Below the pieces are notes generated by a model that did not search any database, was not told where the DNA came from, and was given only the letters and a program-made list of their open reading frames with translations. Made by a program: the position numbers and the translations under genes. Positions 1 through 12,700 of a stretch of 64,000 bases of DNA are shown here, in pieces; position 1 is the stretch's first letter, and every line of letters starts with the position of its first letter. The DNA is from Leucoraja ocellata (taxonomy: Eukaryota). The stretch covers positions 4,526,001 to 4,590,000 of the forward strand of contig JAWMAR010000053.1 of NCBI GenBank assembly GCA_036785375.1. The letters run 5' to 3'.

Positions 1-390
1 ATATTTGGTACTTTAATGCATGTGGCTTCCTCTTAATATGTGGAAAATGCAATGTTTTGGACTATACACAATTGTTACTATTCAAGATTACTCGGTAATA
101 TCTGAATCCATGATTGCAAATCTATTCAAGCTGAAATTATAATGAATGTGTGTGATTCAAATCTTGCCATCTGAAATCATTATCGCATGATGGAATGCAT
201 AGACTTTGAAGGGTGAGCTTGGTCCCATGTTAGCTAGTCAATTTCATTGCTCAGCTTACATCGTCATTGAATTTATCAACTGAAAGTGACACATTGCATC
301 CAAATGTTAGGTTCAAATAAAATCCACTTCATAAGCATGCAAAAAAACCCAATAAAATCCATTATATTTATATTCAACTCTGAATTTTAG

Positions 391-786
391 CGAGAAAGAC
401 ACCATCACCTGGAGACGGAGACAAGAAGCCACTTAAACCAGGTGGAGGGAGGCCACCTTCAGAGGAACCGCCATTTGCAGGGTTCCAACTTAAAGCAGTC
501 CCGCTGAAATTTGTCAAAGAGTTACAAGATATAGTGCTGGACGAAGCGGAGTCAGTAGGCGCCTCTGCTCTATTCGAATGCCTGATTTCACCATCAACAG
601 CATTAACAACTTGGATGAAGGATGGGAGCACTATAAGAGAAGGTCCAAAACACAAATTCACCTCTGATGGCAAGGATAGAAAGTTGAATATCATTGATGT
701 TCAGCTTTCAGATATGGGTGAATATACCTGCGTAGGCCACCTCGGCAAGCAAGAAAAGACGTCCACAGCAAAGCTAATTGTCAAAG
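391..786 (+). CDS. TTN: TTN exon 1 in window: PEVK C-terminus + Ig I84
   Basis: tttag|CG..RKTPSPGDG..QLKAVPLKFVKELQDIV..TAKLIVK G|gtattt. Confidence 0.95.
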
Positions 787-3700
787 GTATTTTTCATTCC
801 TGCATGACACAAGCCAAAAACAAGACTGTTCATTATGTTATAAAAGTTGCAGTTTAAGAATCCTGCTGGAATTGTTATTAAGCAAATCTTGTTACATACT
901 TTTCCTCATTGTTTCATTCATTAGTAAGTCTATGCAGTCAAAATTATTAAGCTTGAAGGATTAGTCATTACAAAAGGCTTTTGAAGACATTGCACATTTT
1001 TTGATATTTTTCTATTTTCCTAACTATTTTAGAATCACCAGTGGCCTTCTTTAAAACATTGGAAGAAGAAACCACTATCTTCAAAGGACAGCCCCTATAT
1101 ATGACCTGTGAGCTGACTAAAGACAAACCTGTGGTTTGGAAGAAGGATGGTGTACCAATTGATGACACACAGACCAGATATGCAATTAGTGTCATCGGGC
1201 TACAGCGCTCCATTACTGTCACAAGTTCTGACTTTGAAGATGCTGGAGTGTACTCAGTTGAGACTGCAAACATAAGTTGTGCAGAAAAAGTTAATGTGCA
1301 AGGTTAGTAGAGTTGGATAAAACAAATGCAGAGCTGCTGGATAACTCAGCCAGATGGATGATTATAAGACCATAAAACATAGTAGCTGAATTAGGCCATT
1401 CAGCCCATTGAGTCTACTCCACCATTCAGACATAGCTGATCTATTTTTCCCTTTCAACCGAATTCTCGTGCCTTCTCCCTGTAACCTTTGACACCCTTAC
1501 CAATCAGAAATCTATCAATCTCTGCTTGAAAAACACCCAATGACTTGGCCTCTACTGCTGTCTGTGGCAATTAATCCCACAGATTCACCACCCTCTAGCT
1601 AAAGAAATTCCTCCTTTCATATAACTAAGCAATAGGAAATAAGCAATTTGAGAGCTAATTTCTATTTGTTTTTTTTTTAATCTTCCAGAGATTGTCAGGA
1701 AATGGTTTGTAAAACCTGTTCGGGATCAACGTGTCAAGCAAAAGGGAACTGCTGTTTTTGAATGTGAAATTGCTAAAGACACACCAAATATCAAATGGTT
1801 CAAAGGTGATCAGGAGATTCCAATGGAACCCAATGACAAAATTGAAATTAAGAAAGTGGGTAAAATTCTTACTCTCATTGTGAAGGATGCAGGTCCAGAT
1901 GATATTGGTGAATACACAGTGGAGGTGGAAGGACAAGCCTCTTCAGCTAATCTGATAGTTGATGGTAAGTCTTCTGTTACGTGCAGAAATATAAATATAA
2001 AAATATATTCGCTCTTCCATTACTGGTTTTATCCATGTTAATAATAATTGTAGGTTCCAAATATTTAATCCATTTTGCCATAGTTTTTGATCAATATTGT
2101 AAATCTCACTTGTTTTTACATGGTTGGTATAGTTAACATTAATTGAACATCTCTAACTACTTTTGAGAAGGTAGAAATGAACTACCAGCTTGAACCAGTG
2201 GATTATCACTTGTCAAAACAAGGAACAGGAGCTATGCCTATGTTTCATCTGATACAACGACATGCCCAGGGTTCCAAATTTAATTGTGAGACACCTAGAA
2301 TCAATCATTTCTAAATATATTCCATTGGTGGTGTGTTTCTCACATTGTTGTTGAATTAGAAATTTTGTTGGCAGCACAGTTTTCAACAAGAAACATTAAC
2401 AATAATGGCTATTGTTTCTATGGGTTTTAACTTCAATCTCTAATTCATTAATATTCCTTCATGATCCTTAGGTTCCTATTCAGAGAGGACACAGTGTCAT
2501 TCTCAGTAGCCCCTTCTGTGTTTAAAACAAGGTCAAGCACTTATACAATTTGCATAACTCTGTTGCTAGCATGTTACTTGTTGAGACATTGAAATTTATA
2601 GGTACAAGTATTGAGCCCTGTAATAGTCCATTGTTGAACATCTGGGATGAGCTGACTTTGTCACTTGGGTAAATACACAGTGGCCTTTCACTCATCATCA
2701 TCTATTGAAGTTGTGTTTGGAGACAGGCGATGATCCTTACGAGTTTCAGCATCAGGTCTCTATCCAGACTCTATCCTCACAGCTGATGACGAGGTCTAAA
2801 GGCTGCACTGGTCTTGTGCTGCTTCAGCTGTTTGAAATGAAACAAGTCCTACAGATCTGTCATGAGTCATTGGAGATGTACAGTGTAACAAATGCTACTG
2901 CTTCTGTAGCTGCGCCCCAGATGGAATTCAGCAGCAGAACCCAGTCTTATTGTGATGACCCTGCATCAGATCTGACCTGCAGTATGGGGATGAAGAGATT
3001 TTTATTTAATTTTTTTGCTTTAAACAATGAAATTTAATCAAATGTAAAATTGTTGAATTAATTTTTGTGTTTTGGGGGATGTCAAAGTTTCACTCCAGCA
3101 ATATCTCGGAGAGGCGTCTGCACAGCATTATCTGAAGCTTAGTTATGTTAAGACCGTGCAACATCTTTTACCATTTGCTTCAATCAAACATTAACACAGC
3201 TGTGGTTGCCACATATATTCAGACTCCACCTGCTCTGTACATTTAATCTCCTGCATTTAGTTATCTGTCCTGATATCCCCTAATACAGCTTGGTGATGAT
3301 TCTGTAAGTCGGGAACTCATGAAAATGTTTTACATTTTGTGGTCTGATATTAGCTTTCTACTTTAATGAAGAAAAAATATATTTTATGTACTTATAGAAC
3401 GAGAGATAGACATACTTACAGAACTACAAAGTGTGGAGGTGTATGAGAAAGAAACAGCGACCTTTGAAACAGAGATTTCTCAGGATGTTCCAGTTGAGTG
3501 GAAGCTGAAGGGAGAGATTCTGCGCCCATCACCTGTAAGCCTTTCTCCAAATCCTCAAACATTATTGTGAAAAATGTTAATTTGAGGGCATAGTCCGCTT
3601 ATCAAAACAATAAATTATGATCTTTATTTTACAGACTTGTGAAATGAAATCAGATGGTAATAAACGCTTTTTGATCCTTCATGAAGTCAAACTAGATCAA

Positions 3701-6700
3701 GCTGGTGAAGTTGTCTTCAAGGCACGCAATGCAACATCCATTGCTCATTTGAGAGTAAAAGGTAACCAACGATAGCTGTTGATCTCAAAGTTTTCTTTGT
3801 GATTGGACTGACCAGTTTGTTTTCCTTAATTTAACTTTAACTAATAATATGTTCACAGAAATAGAAGTTGACTTTGCGACACCATTGAAAGACGTGACTG
3901 TTCCAGAGAAACGTCAGGCAAGGTTTGAGTGTGTACTTAACAAGGAGGTTCCCAAAATTATGTGGATGAAAGGCAGTGACATACTTAAGAGTGGTGAAAA
4001 GTATGATTTAGTCACAGATGGAAAGAAGCAGATTCTTGTTATCAATAAATCAACATTTGATGATGAAGGAGATTATTCTGCTGAAATTGAAGGCAAGAAA
4101 TCAACTGCAAAACTGACTGTGACAGGTACATTTTGTCTTCTAACATAGTTATACTGTAACTCGATTGAATGTGCCTGTAACATCTAATTGAAATATTTCT
4201 ACATTTCCGTATGTTAAACCTGAATGACAAATGTTTGTGAAACCTAGTAGCTTTCACTGACTCAGGATTTCTTAAGGTGCATAGACAACAGGTGCAGGAG
4301 TAGGCCATTCGGCCCTTCGAGCCAGAACCGCCATTCATTTGATCATGTCTGATCATCCACAATCAGTACCCCATTCCTGCCTTCTCCCCATATTCCTTGA
4401 CTCTGCTATCTTTAAGAACTCTCTCGTGAAAGCATCCAGAGAATCGGCCTCCACTGCCTTCTGAGAGTTCCACAGATTCACAACTATCTGTGTGAAAAGG
4501 TTTTTCCTCATCTCCGTTCTAAATGGCCTACCCCTTATTCTTAAACTGTGGCCCCTGGTTCTGGATTCCCCCAACATCGGGAACATGTTTCCTGCCTCCA
4601 GCATGTACAATCCCTTAATAATCTTATATGTTTCAACAAGATCCCCTCTCTTCCTTCCAGTGTAAATAAATTCCAGTGTATACAAGCCCAGTCGCTCCAT
4701 TCTTTCAACAGATGACTATCCCTCCATCCTGGGAATTAACCTCGTGATGCTATGCTGCGCTCCCTCAATAGCAAGAATATCCTACCTCAAATTTGGAGAC
4801 CAAAACTGCACACAATACACCAGGTGTGGTCTCACCAGGGCCCTGTACAACTGCAGAAGGACCTCTTTGTTCCTAAGCTCAACTCCTCCTGTTATGAAGT
4901 TCCAACATGCCATTAGCTTTCTTCACTGCCTGTTGTACCTGCATGCTTACTTTCAGTGATTGAAATACTTTTTTTAAAGTAGAGTCATAGAAGTAACATA
5001 GAGAAAACACAATATTCCCATTAATTGTTATAAATTTATGACCATAAACTAAGTTAATGGTAATCAAGGAGAAAAATGTTGGCCATGAGACGAGGAAAAA
5101 ACTCCCTTACTCTCTTTCAACTCCATTTGAGGAGGCATATAGTCCTAAGTTTAAGAATATTCCCGAAAAAGCTGCAATCCCTCAATATTGCACTGAAGTG
5201 CTTGTTTCAGTTTTGTAGTGCTCAGAGGATAGAACAATGAACGTAAGCTGACAAGTAAAACTAGCAAAACAGACACAAATTGCTGAACAGGGAGTATCTC
5301 TGGAGAGAAGGAATGGGTGACATTTCGGTCGAGACCCTTCTTCTGTCCCGCTGAGTTACTCAAGCATTTTGTGTCTGCCTTTGGTGTAAACCAGCATCTG
5401 CAGTTCCATCATACACAACCTAGCAAAATATGTGGAAACATTGAGCCGCAGCTATGGAAAGAGAAACCAAATTAATGTTTAAGATGAAAAAATGTTTTTA
5501 AATAACTGGCATGGTTTTTTTTTAGGAGATAAGGAGTAATTTCTTTAGCAGAGAGTATGGTGAATCTGTGCAACTTATTTCCACTTATGGCTGTGGTGGC
5601 CAAGTCATTTTGTATTTTTAAAAGAGCGATTAGTAGATTCTTGATTAGTAAGGGTTCAATGGTTATGGAGAGAAGGCAGGAGAACGAGGCTGAGAGGGAA
5701 AGATAGATCAGCCATGATTAAATGATGGAGTAGACTAGAAGGGCTCAATGGCCTAATTATGCTCCTATGTCTTATGGTCTTATGGATAGTAAAGAAAACA
5801 AGTTTGTTTTCAGTTGCAGAGTCCTGGAACACAGTTATTATAGAGATAGGTTAAGGAGGAACATTGTGTCTCATTTTCCATGTAGGAATGTGTGGTTGGC
5901 TAGCTGCACTGTGGCTGAAAGGAAGGCACTACAGAGAGTTATTAAAACAGCACAGAGCATCACAAATGCTCAACTATCCTCCCTGGATGACATTTACAGG
6001 GACCGATGTTTACGCCGGGCCACAAACATCAAACAGGACATCCCACCCAGCCAACCACCTTTTCACTCTGCTGCCCTCTGGGAGGCGATACAGGTCTCTG
6101 AAGGCCCGCACTTGTAGATTAATTAACAGTCTCTACCCATGTGCCATAAAAGAACTAAACTCAGATAGACAACACGGCGGGCAACACAACATAATTCATG
6201 GTGCAATATAATGCGCAATTTAAAAAAATATATTTCTATTATCTATTTATTAATTTCATTTACTGATCTTGCCGGTATATTAGAGTCAATGATTGATTTT
6301 GTTTTTGTTCTTTTAATCTTTTATCCTGTGTCTTCTATGTATACCACTGAAGGAGATGCAATGAAATTTGTTGTCCAGTTGTTGTGCAATGACAATAAAC
6401 GTATTTGATTTGATTTGATGTAGGAATGTTGGAGCCTGGACTCAACATTGAATCCTAAACATATTTATTTCCTCAAACTCTGCTCTCCCATCACAATCCT
6501 AGCGGCATACAATCAGAGATATTCCCTTTCTCTTATTTATTTTCCCCCTATCTTTTCTGCAAAACAAAACTAGCTTGGTTTCTCTTTTGCCCGGTCCTGA
6601 CACAGAGTCTATGACCTAAGTATTAGCTCTGTTTGTTATTCCATGCATGCTGCCTTACCAGTTGGGTAGTTCCAACGTTTTCTGTTTTATATTTCAGATT

Positions 6701-9700
6701 TTCAGCATCTGCAGTTTTTGCCCCATCGGCAAATAATAGCAGTTCATGTACCTTTCAAGATTTTGATTTGAATTGAATAATTAATTATTTGATCTTAAAC
6801 TACTGTAATATAAATGCTCGTTATGACTTTATACTTCAGGTATGCGATTGAAGTTCATTACACCACTGAAAGATCAGACAGTCAAAGAAGGCAACTCGGC
6901 TCACTTTGAAATTGAACTCTCACATGAAAATCTCCCAGTGACTTGGTACAAGAATGAAATCAAGATTCATCCAAGCAGAATTAATTTGATTACCAGTGAT
7001 GGGAAGAAGCACACGTTAGAAATTAAAGAAGTAACTCGTGATGATACATGTCAGATACGGGCAGAGGTTGCCCAGCTCTCCACGAAATGTAATCTGAATG
7101 TCATAGGTGAGGATTGAATCAAGCGATTGTTTTGAATTCTGCTGTTAATTAATGTGTTCAGATCTTAGCATAATGGTGAGGATAAAATATTAAAAAATAT
7201 TTTAAAAATAAATATGTTGTTGATGGTCAATGGGAAGTCTTAACAATGTACATTCTATTAAAGAAACAATCTTTCTTCAGGCAAAATAGTAACTTTTTCT
7301 TTGATCCACAGATGCTGACCCATATTTCACTGTGAAACTACAAGATTATACTGCTGTAGAGAGAGATGACATCAGTCTTGAATGTGAACTCAGCAAAGAA
7401 GTGCCAGTTAAATGGCTAAAGGAGGGCAATGAAATCAAAGCATCAAAAACAATTTCAATGAAAGTTATTGGGAAACGCTGTATTTTGACAATCAAAAGAG
7501 TTGACAATAAGGACAAGGGTGAATATGAATGTGACTGTGGAACTGACAAGACAAAAGCTTCTGTCAACATTGAAGGTATATACTTTATGAATGAGTATGT
7601 ATAGATATCTCATTATCAGTTTTTTTCTAAATGTGCACCTTAAACAACAATTTTTATCACTAATGTGATTACAGCTCGTATCATCAAGGTGGTACGCCCA
7701 TTGCATGGTCTAGAAATCTTCGAAGATGAAACAGCCCGCTTTGAAGTGGAGATTTCAGAAACTGATGTGCATCTCCAGTGGAAGCTGAACGGAGAAACTT
7801 TGCTCATGTCACCTGTACGTTGTTTTCTTTATTTGGTTTGAACTTAATTGTTCCTTTCTCTTTCGGAATAATTCTGCGAGAATAATTTTTGCTCAGAATT
7901 GTGCTAGTTAATTTTAATTACATACATATATATATATATATATATATAATATAGATATGTATTTGAGGTGGAAATGATTGCACAATTTTTAATATAAAAT
8001 ATTGACATCCAAATATGCCTTTACTTTATTTACAGCAATGCGAGATTGTTGAGGATGGCAAAAAACACATTCTGACTCTTTACAATTGCAAACTAAGTGA
8101 TTCTGGAGAAATTTCTTTCCAGGCTGCAAATGCTAAATCTGCAGCAAATTTGAAAGTCAAAGGTAATTTGTAATTCACTTGAAAATGCTGCAAATATTTA
8201 TCTTTTGGTGTGTTTTAGCAAATGTAGTTTCAGCTTGTATATTCTTAGCAATGGCATGAATGATTTCAGCATTTAACATAAACGGTCTATTTTTTTCAAT
8301 TTCCTGCATTTCCCTCCAGAAATTCCACTCACCTTCATTGTACCACTTGATGATGTGAAAGTATACGAGAAAGATGAAGCAAAGTTTGAATGTGAAGTGT
8401 CCAGAGAGGCTAAGACTTTCCGTTGGTTAAAAGGAAGTGAGGAAATTAAACCTAATGATAAATTTGAAATGTTAGTAGAAGGGATGAAACATACGTTAGT
8501 AGTTAAAGAAGCTGCATTTGACGATGAAGGAAAATACATGTTCGAAGCAGAGGATAAGAGGACAAGTGGCAAACTAATTATCCAAGGCAAGTAAAAGGAC
8601 CAAAACTGTAATGTCTCCAGTTAAAGCTATTTTCTTATTAATGTAGAATTAAATTCAAATCATTAATTTTTCACAGGTATACGACTTGAATTCAACAAAC
8701 CGCTCGAAGACCAGACTGTAAAGGAACGTGAAACTGCAGAATTTGTAGCTGAGCTTTCGCATGAAAGCATTCAGGTTGCATGGTACAAAAATGACATCCG
8801 TCTACATCCAAGTCGATCAGTGACAATGAAAGATGAGCCTAAGATCCATTCCATCACATTCAAGGATGTGACCATTGATGATACTTCTCTCATCAAAATT
8901 GAAGCAATGGACAAATGTTCAGAGGCTAAACTTACAGTCCTTGGTAAATGATATGTATTTAAACACACAAGTTATTTGTTAATTAGGCTTTGAACTAAAA
9001 TGCTTTATTTAATCTTCACTGCTTCTAACTTGATTCACTTTTTGATTTTCACAGAGGGTGACCCATACTTTATCAGTAAACTACAAAATTACACAGCTGT
9101 AGAAAAAGATGAAGTTGTCTTCCAGTGTGAAGTCAGTAAATCTGCTGCTCCAGTTAAATGGTTTAAGGATGAAAAAGAACTGATTCTTTCAAAGAATATT
9201 CAGATAAAAACAGATGGTCGGAAACGAATATTGATCATGAAACGAGCTATGAAGAATGATCAGGGGCAATATTCTTGTGACTGTGGCTCTGATAACACAT
9301 CAGCCAATCTAAACATCGAAGGTAAAAATTGCTGCATACCATTGTAAAGCCTATTATTCAGTGTCTTTTGGAGTTGTTTACGGATAGCACTCAGAACCAT
9401 GAAGAAAATAAATAATGGTATTTTAAACACATGTGGGTGAAATGATTGATTTCATTTTATTGCGTTTCAGAGCGTGATATTAAGATATTGCGTCCACTGT
9501 ACAGTGTTGAAGTCACAGAAACAGAAATTGCACGTTTTGAGACTGAAATTTCTGAAGATGATGTACATGGCAATTGGAAGCTGAAGGAGGAGAAATTGCG
9601 TCCTACTCCTGTAAGTTTTAACATTAGCAATTGGTGAAGTTTTGCAGAGATGCAAGGGTTGCTGATGCTGGAAATTGTTTTTTATTGAAGTTTTACCTTT

Positions 9701-12700
9701 TTGTATTCCTTCCTTAACACTTTGACTTTGTTTAATTCCAATTCAGGACTGTGAAATTAAAAAGGAAAGCACAAAACATTTTCTTATACTCTACAACGTG
9801 CAAATGGATCAAGCGGGTGAAGTTGAATTCCAGGCTGCTAATGCCAAAACCAGTGCTCATTTGAGGGTCAAAGGTAGATATGTGATTAACGTTAATTCAT
9901 CATTACTGTTACTAGTCAAGAAAAACTGCACTTGATACTTACGATTTCCCAACATTATGTTTGCCTTTTACTAATGAATATTCATAGTGACCTGAACTTA
10001 ATGAACAGCTGCAAGCCTCCCACCTAAAACCAACCGATATTTTTGTGGTTAAAGTTGCAGGTTTGCATATGGACGTCACGTATATACTAGGCCTGCATTT
10101 TTGAAAATGGCAGTCAGAAGCTGGTCACAGTTATTTAATTATTTCTGGTGTTAATTTAGGCACTAGGCCTTAAAGTAACAATGATAATAACTCTGATGTG
10201 TACCAGGGGCGGAAGACCCGGGGGGTGGGGGGGGAAGAGGGGACACGTCCCCCCCATGTTTTGAGAGGTGGGGGACATCCCACCCAAGTTTTTGTCATCC
10301 GGATTTTAAAATCTCCGCTTTCTGCGAGACAGTGGAGTTGGGACCACTGAGGGCGCCGATTGGATGGGAGAGATGTCGATCAGCAGGCAATGGGGGTGGG
10401 ACATGATGATTCAGCGCGATCATTGGAGGAGGGAGGAGTGGAGGGGGGGGGGGGGGGGGTGGGACTGAGGATAGAGTGCGATGATTGGGGGAGGGAGACG
10501 TGGCACAGACCTGCACCTCATCTCCAGCCAGGATCGATCCCGGCCGGATCTCCGGCACTGTCCCGTCCCCACCCGAGTGCCCCCCCCCCCCACGGGTGGC
10601 CAGAGAGGTCGGGAGTGAGACGCGAGCTGTACCCCCAGGCCCACAGCCAGCGCAGAGAAGCAGCGCTAAACCCAGCTCAACTGTGCCTGTCCCACCAGGT
10701 TAACCTGCCTGGGCTTGTGGGAAATATGGCCAGCGTGGAGAAGCAGCGCTGGTATCCCGTCAGTCCAGTCAGGGCTTGTAGGTTAACCCGGCGAGACAGG
10801 CAGAGTTGAGCTGCATTTAGCGCTGGATTGAGCCTCCGAAGCCTCGCGCATGTGTGTGTGAGTGTGCTCATGCGCGCGCGGCCGCCAAAAATGGTGTCCC
10901 CCCGTCCCCTCCATATTTTGATAGCGGGTTCCGTGCCTGTGTGCTTCAGACTTGCTGCTGGTTGTGTTGTTTTGCAGGGTATGGAATGTGCACTATAGGG
11001 TTTAAATTCAGTTTGTTCATATAGATAATTAAAGGGTTGTAGTCTGCTGAAAACAAAATTAAAGGGACTGTTCATCTGAAGCTAAGAGATATAAAATGTC
11101 TTTTTCATCTAAAGCTCGAGAGATCAGCTTACTCCGGCCCCTCAAGGATGTGACTGTAACTGCTGGACATTCGGCATCTTTCGATTGTGAACTATCCTAT
11201 GAAGGAATTGAAGTCCAATGGTTCTTGAAGAACAAGTTACTTGAGCCCAGTGACAGAGTATGTTGATATATATTTTATATTGTCACTTTTGTGTTTGCAT
11301 AATCCATTGTAATATAATAAACCAAGTTCCTCTCTGGTTATTTTGAATCACTTAAATACTTAAGTGCAGCAATTAAAATGTTATGTTGACTTTTTGACTC
11401 ATTGGAAAGTGTTTTGGAAAATTTTGGAAAATGGAATCAGTAAAATTTTATTCATCCTCTCATGCTTCCCCTAATCCAATAAGATCATATAATTCAGCGA
11501 CTAAGCCTTTTGAGATTGTGAACACTACTTCCAACCATCTGAACCAAGGGAATCATCATCTCTCCATCTACCAGTCAGGCCCAAAAAGACTTCTATACAT
11601 TTCAATAATGTTCTCTTATTCTTGTTTTGCACATAAAACCATGATGTCTATACCTCTAAAGATCATTTAATGTGAAAGGTAATAATTGAAAACCTCGTCA
11701 AAAAGCACTTGTCTCTTGTTGTCAACAGCTTATACAGTAATATACTTAAATTATTTTACAAAAATATAAAGGCACTGACATTTTTCTGCAAAACAAGGTC
11801 CTTCCATCAAATAGAATTAAACATATTTTACCACTTAATTCCATAGTTTCTGTTTAAATGAATTCACATCCACAGAAAATAAAAGAAGGAAATCTGTTAT
11901 ACAATACTAAAACAAAATTACTTCATGATCTAACTCTATTTTTGTTTATCTTAGTGATGGTGTTTATGGTTTACAGAAACATTACCAGAGCCATCATTTT
12001 GAGATTAAATGTACTTATGTAATTTGCTATCTTTATATAAATGATTTAATATATACCACTTCAATCTACAAATTTTGTTCAGAGTTAGGTGCCCTGTAAA
12101 ACTATATTTGTACTGATCTGAAATTTGACAGCATTGAAATATAAATGTAGCATGGAAACAAACGAGCGTTTGACTGCACTGGGCCTATATTCGCTGGAGT
12201 TTAGAAGAATGAGGGGGGAACTCGTTGAAACGTACGGAATAGTGAAAGGCTTGGATAGATTGGATGTGGAGAGGATGTTTCCACTAGTGGGAGAGTGTAG
12301 GTCTGGAGGTCAAAGCATCAGAATTAAATAACCTTTTTTTAGGAAGGAGATGAGGAGGATGACTGACCTTTGGTGTCTTTCCTCAGTGGGAAACTTTGAT
12401 TCCGCTGTGTGGGGATGTTTATGTTAAAGTCTAACATGTGCAGTGTTCTTTTTTATTTGTATGACTATAATGTAACCCAAACTTCACTGTACCAATTGAT
12501 GCATGTGACAATAAATGTCTCTTGAACTCTCTTGAACACTTGAGGAGGAATTTCTTTAGACAGAGGGTGGCGAATCTGTGGAATTATTTGCCACATGCAA
12601 ACTCAGTGGATATATTTAAGGCAGAGATAGATAGATTCTCGATTAGTACGGGTGTCAGAGGTTATGGGGAGAAGGCAGGAGAATGGGGATAGGAAGGAGA

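Noticed and set aside
2780-2845. CTGATGA...GAAAC as another hammerhead
   Set aside because: No stem II between the boxes and no PLE context.
10295-11075. Pro/Gly-rich ORFs (up to 149 aa) on both strands
   Set aside because: By-product of the GC-rich, stop-poor MITE; no transposase motifs.
11090-11095. TATAAA as the TATA box of the candidate Cronos start
   Set aside because: It abuts the ATG; a TSS ~30 nt downstream would skip this ATG.
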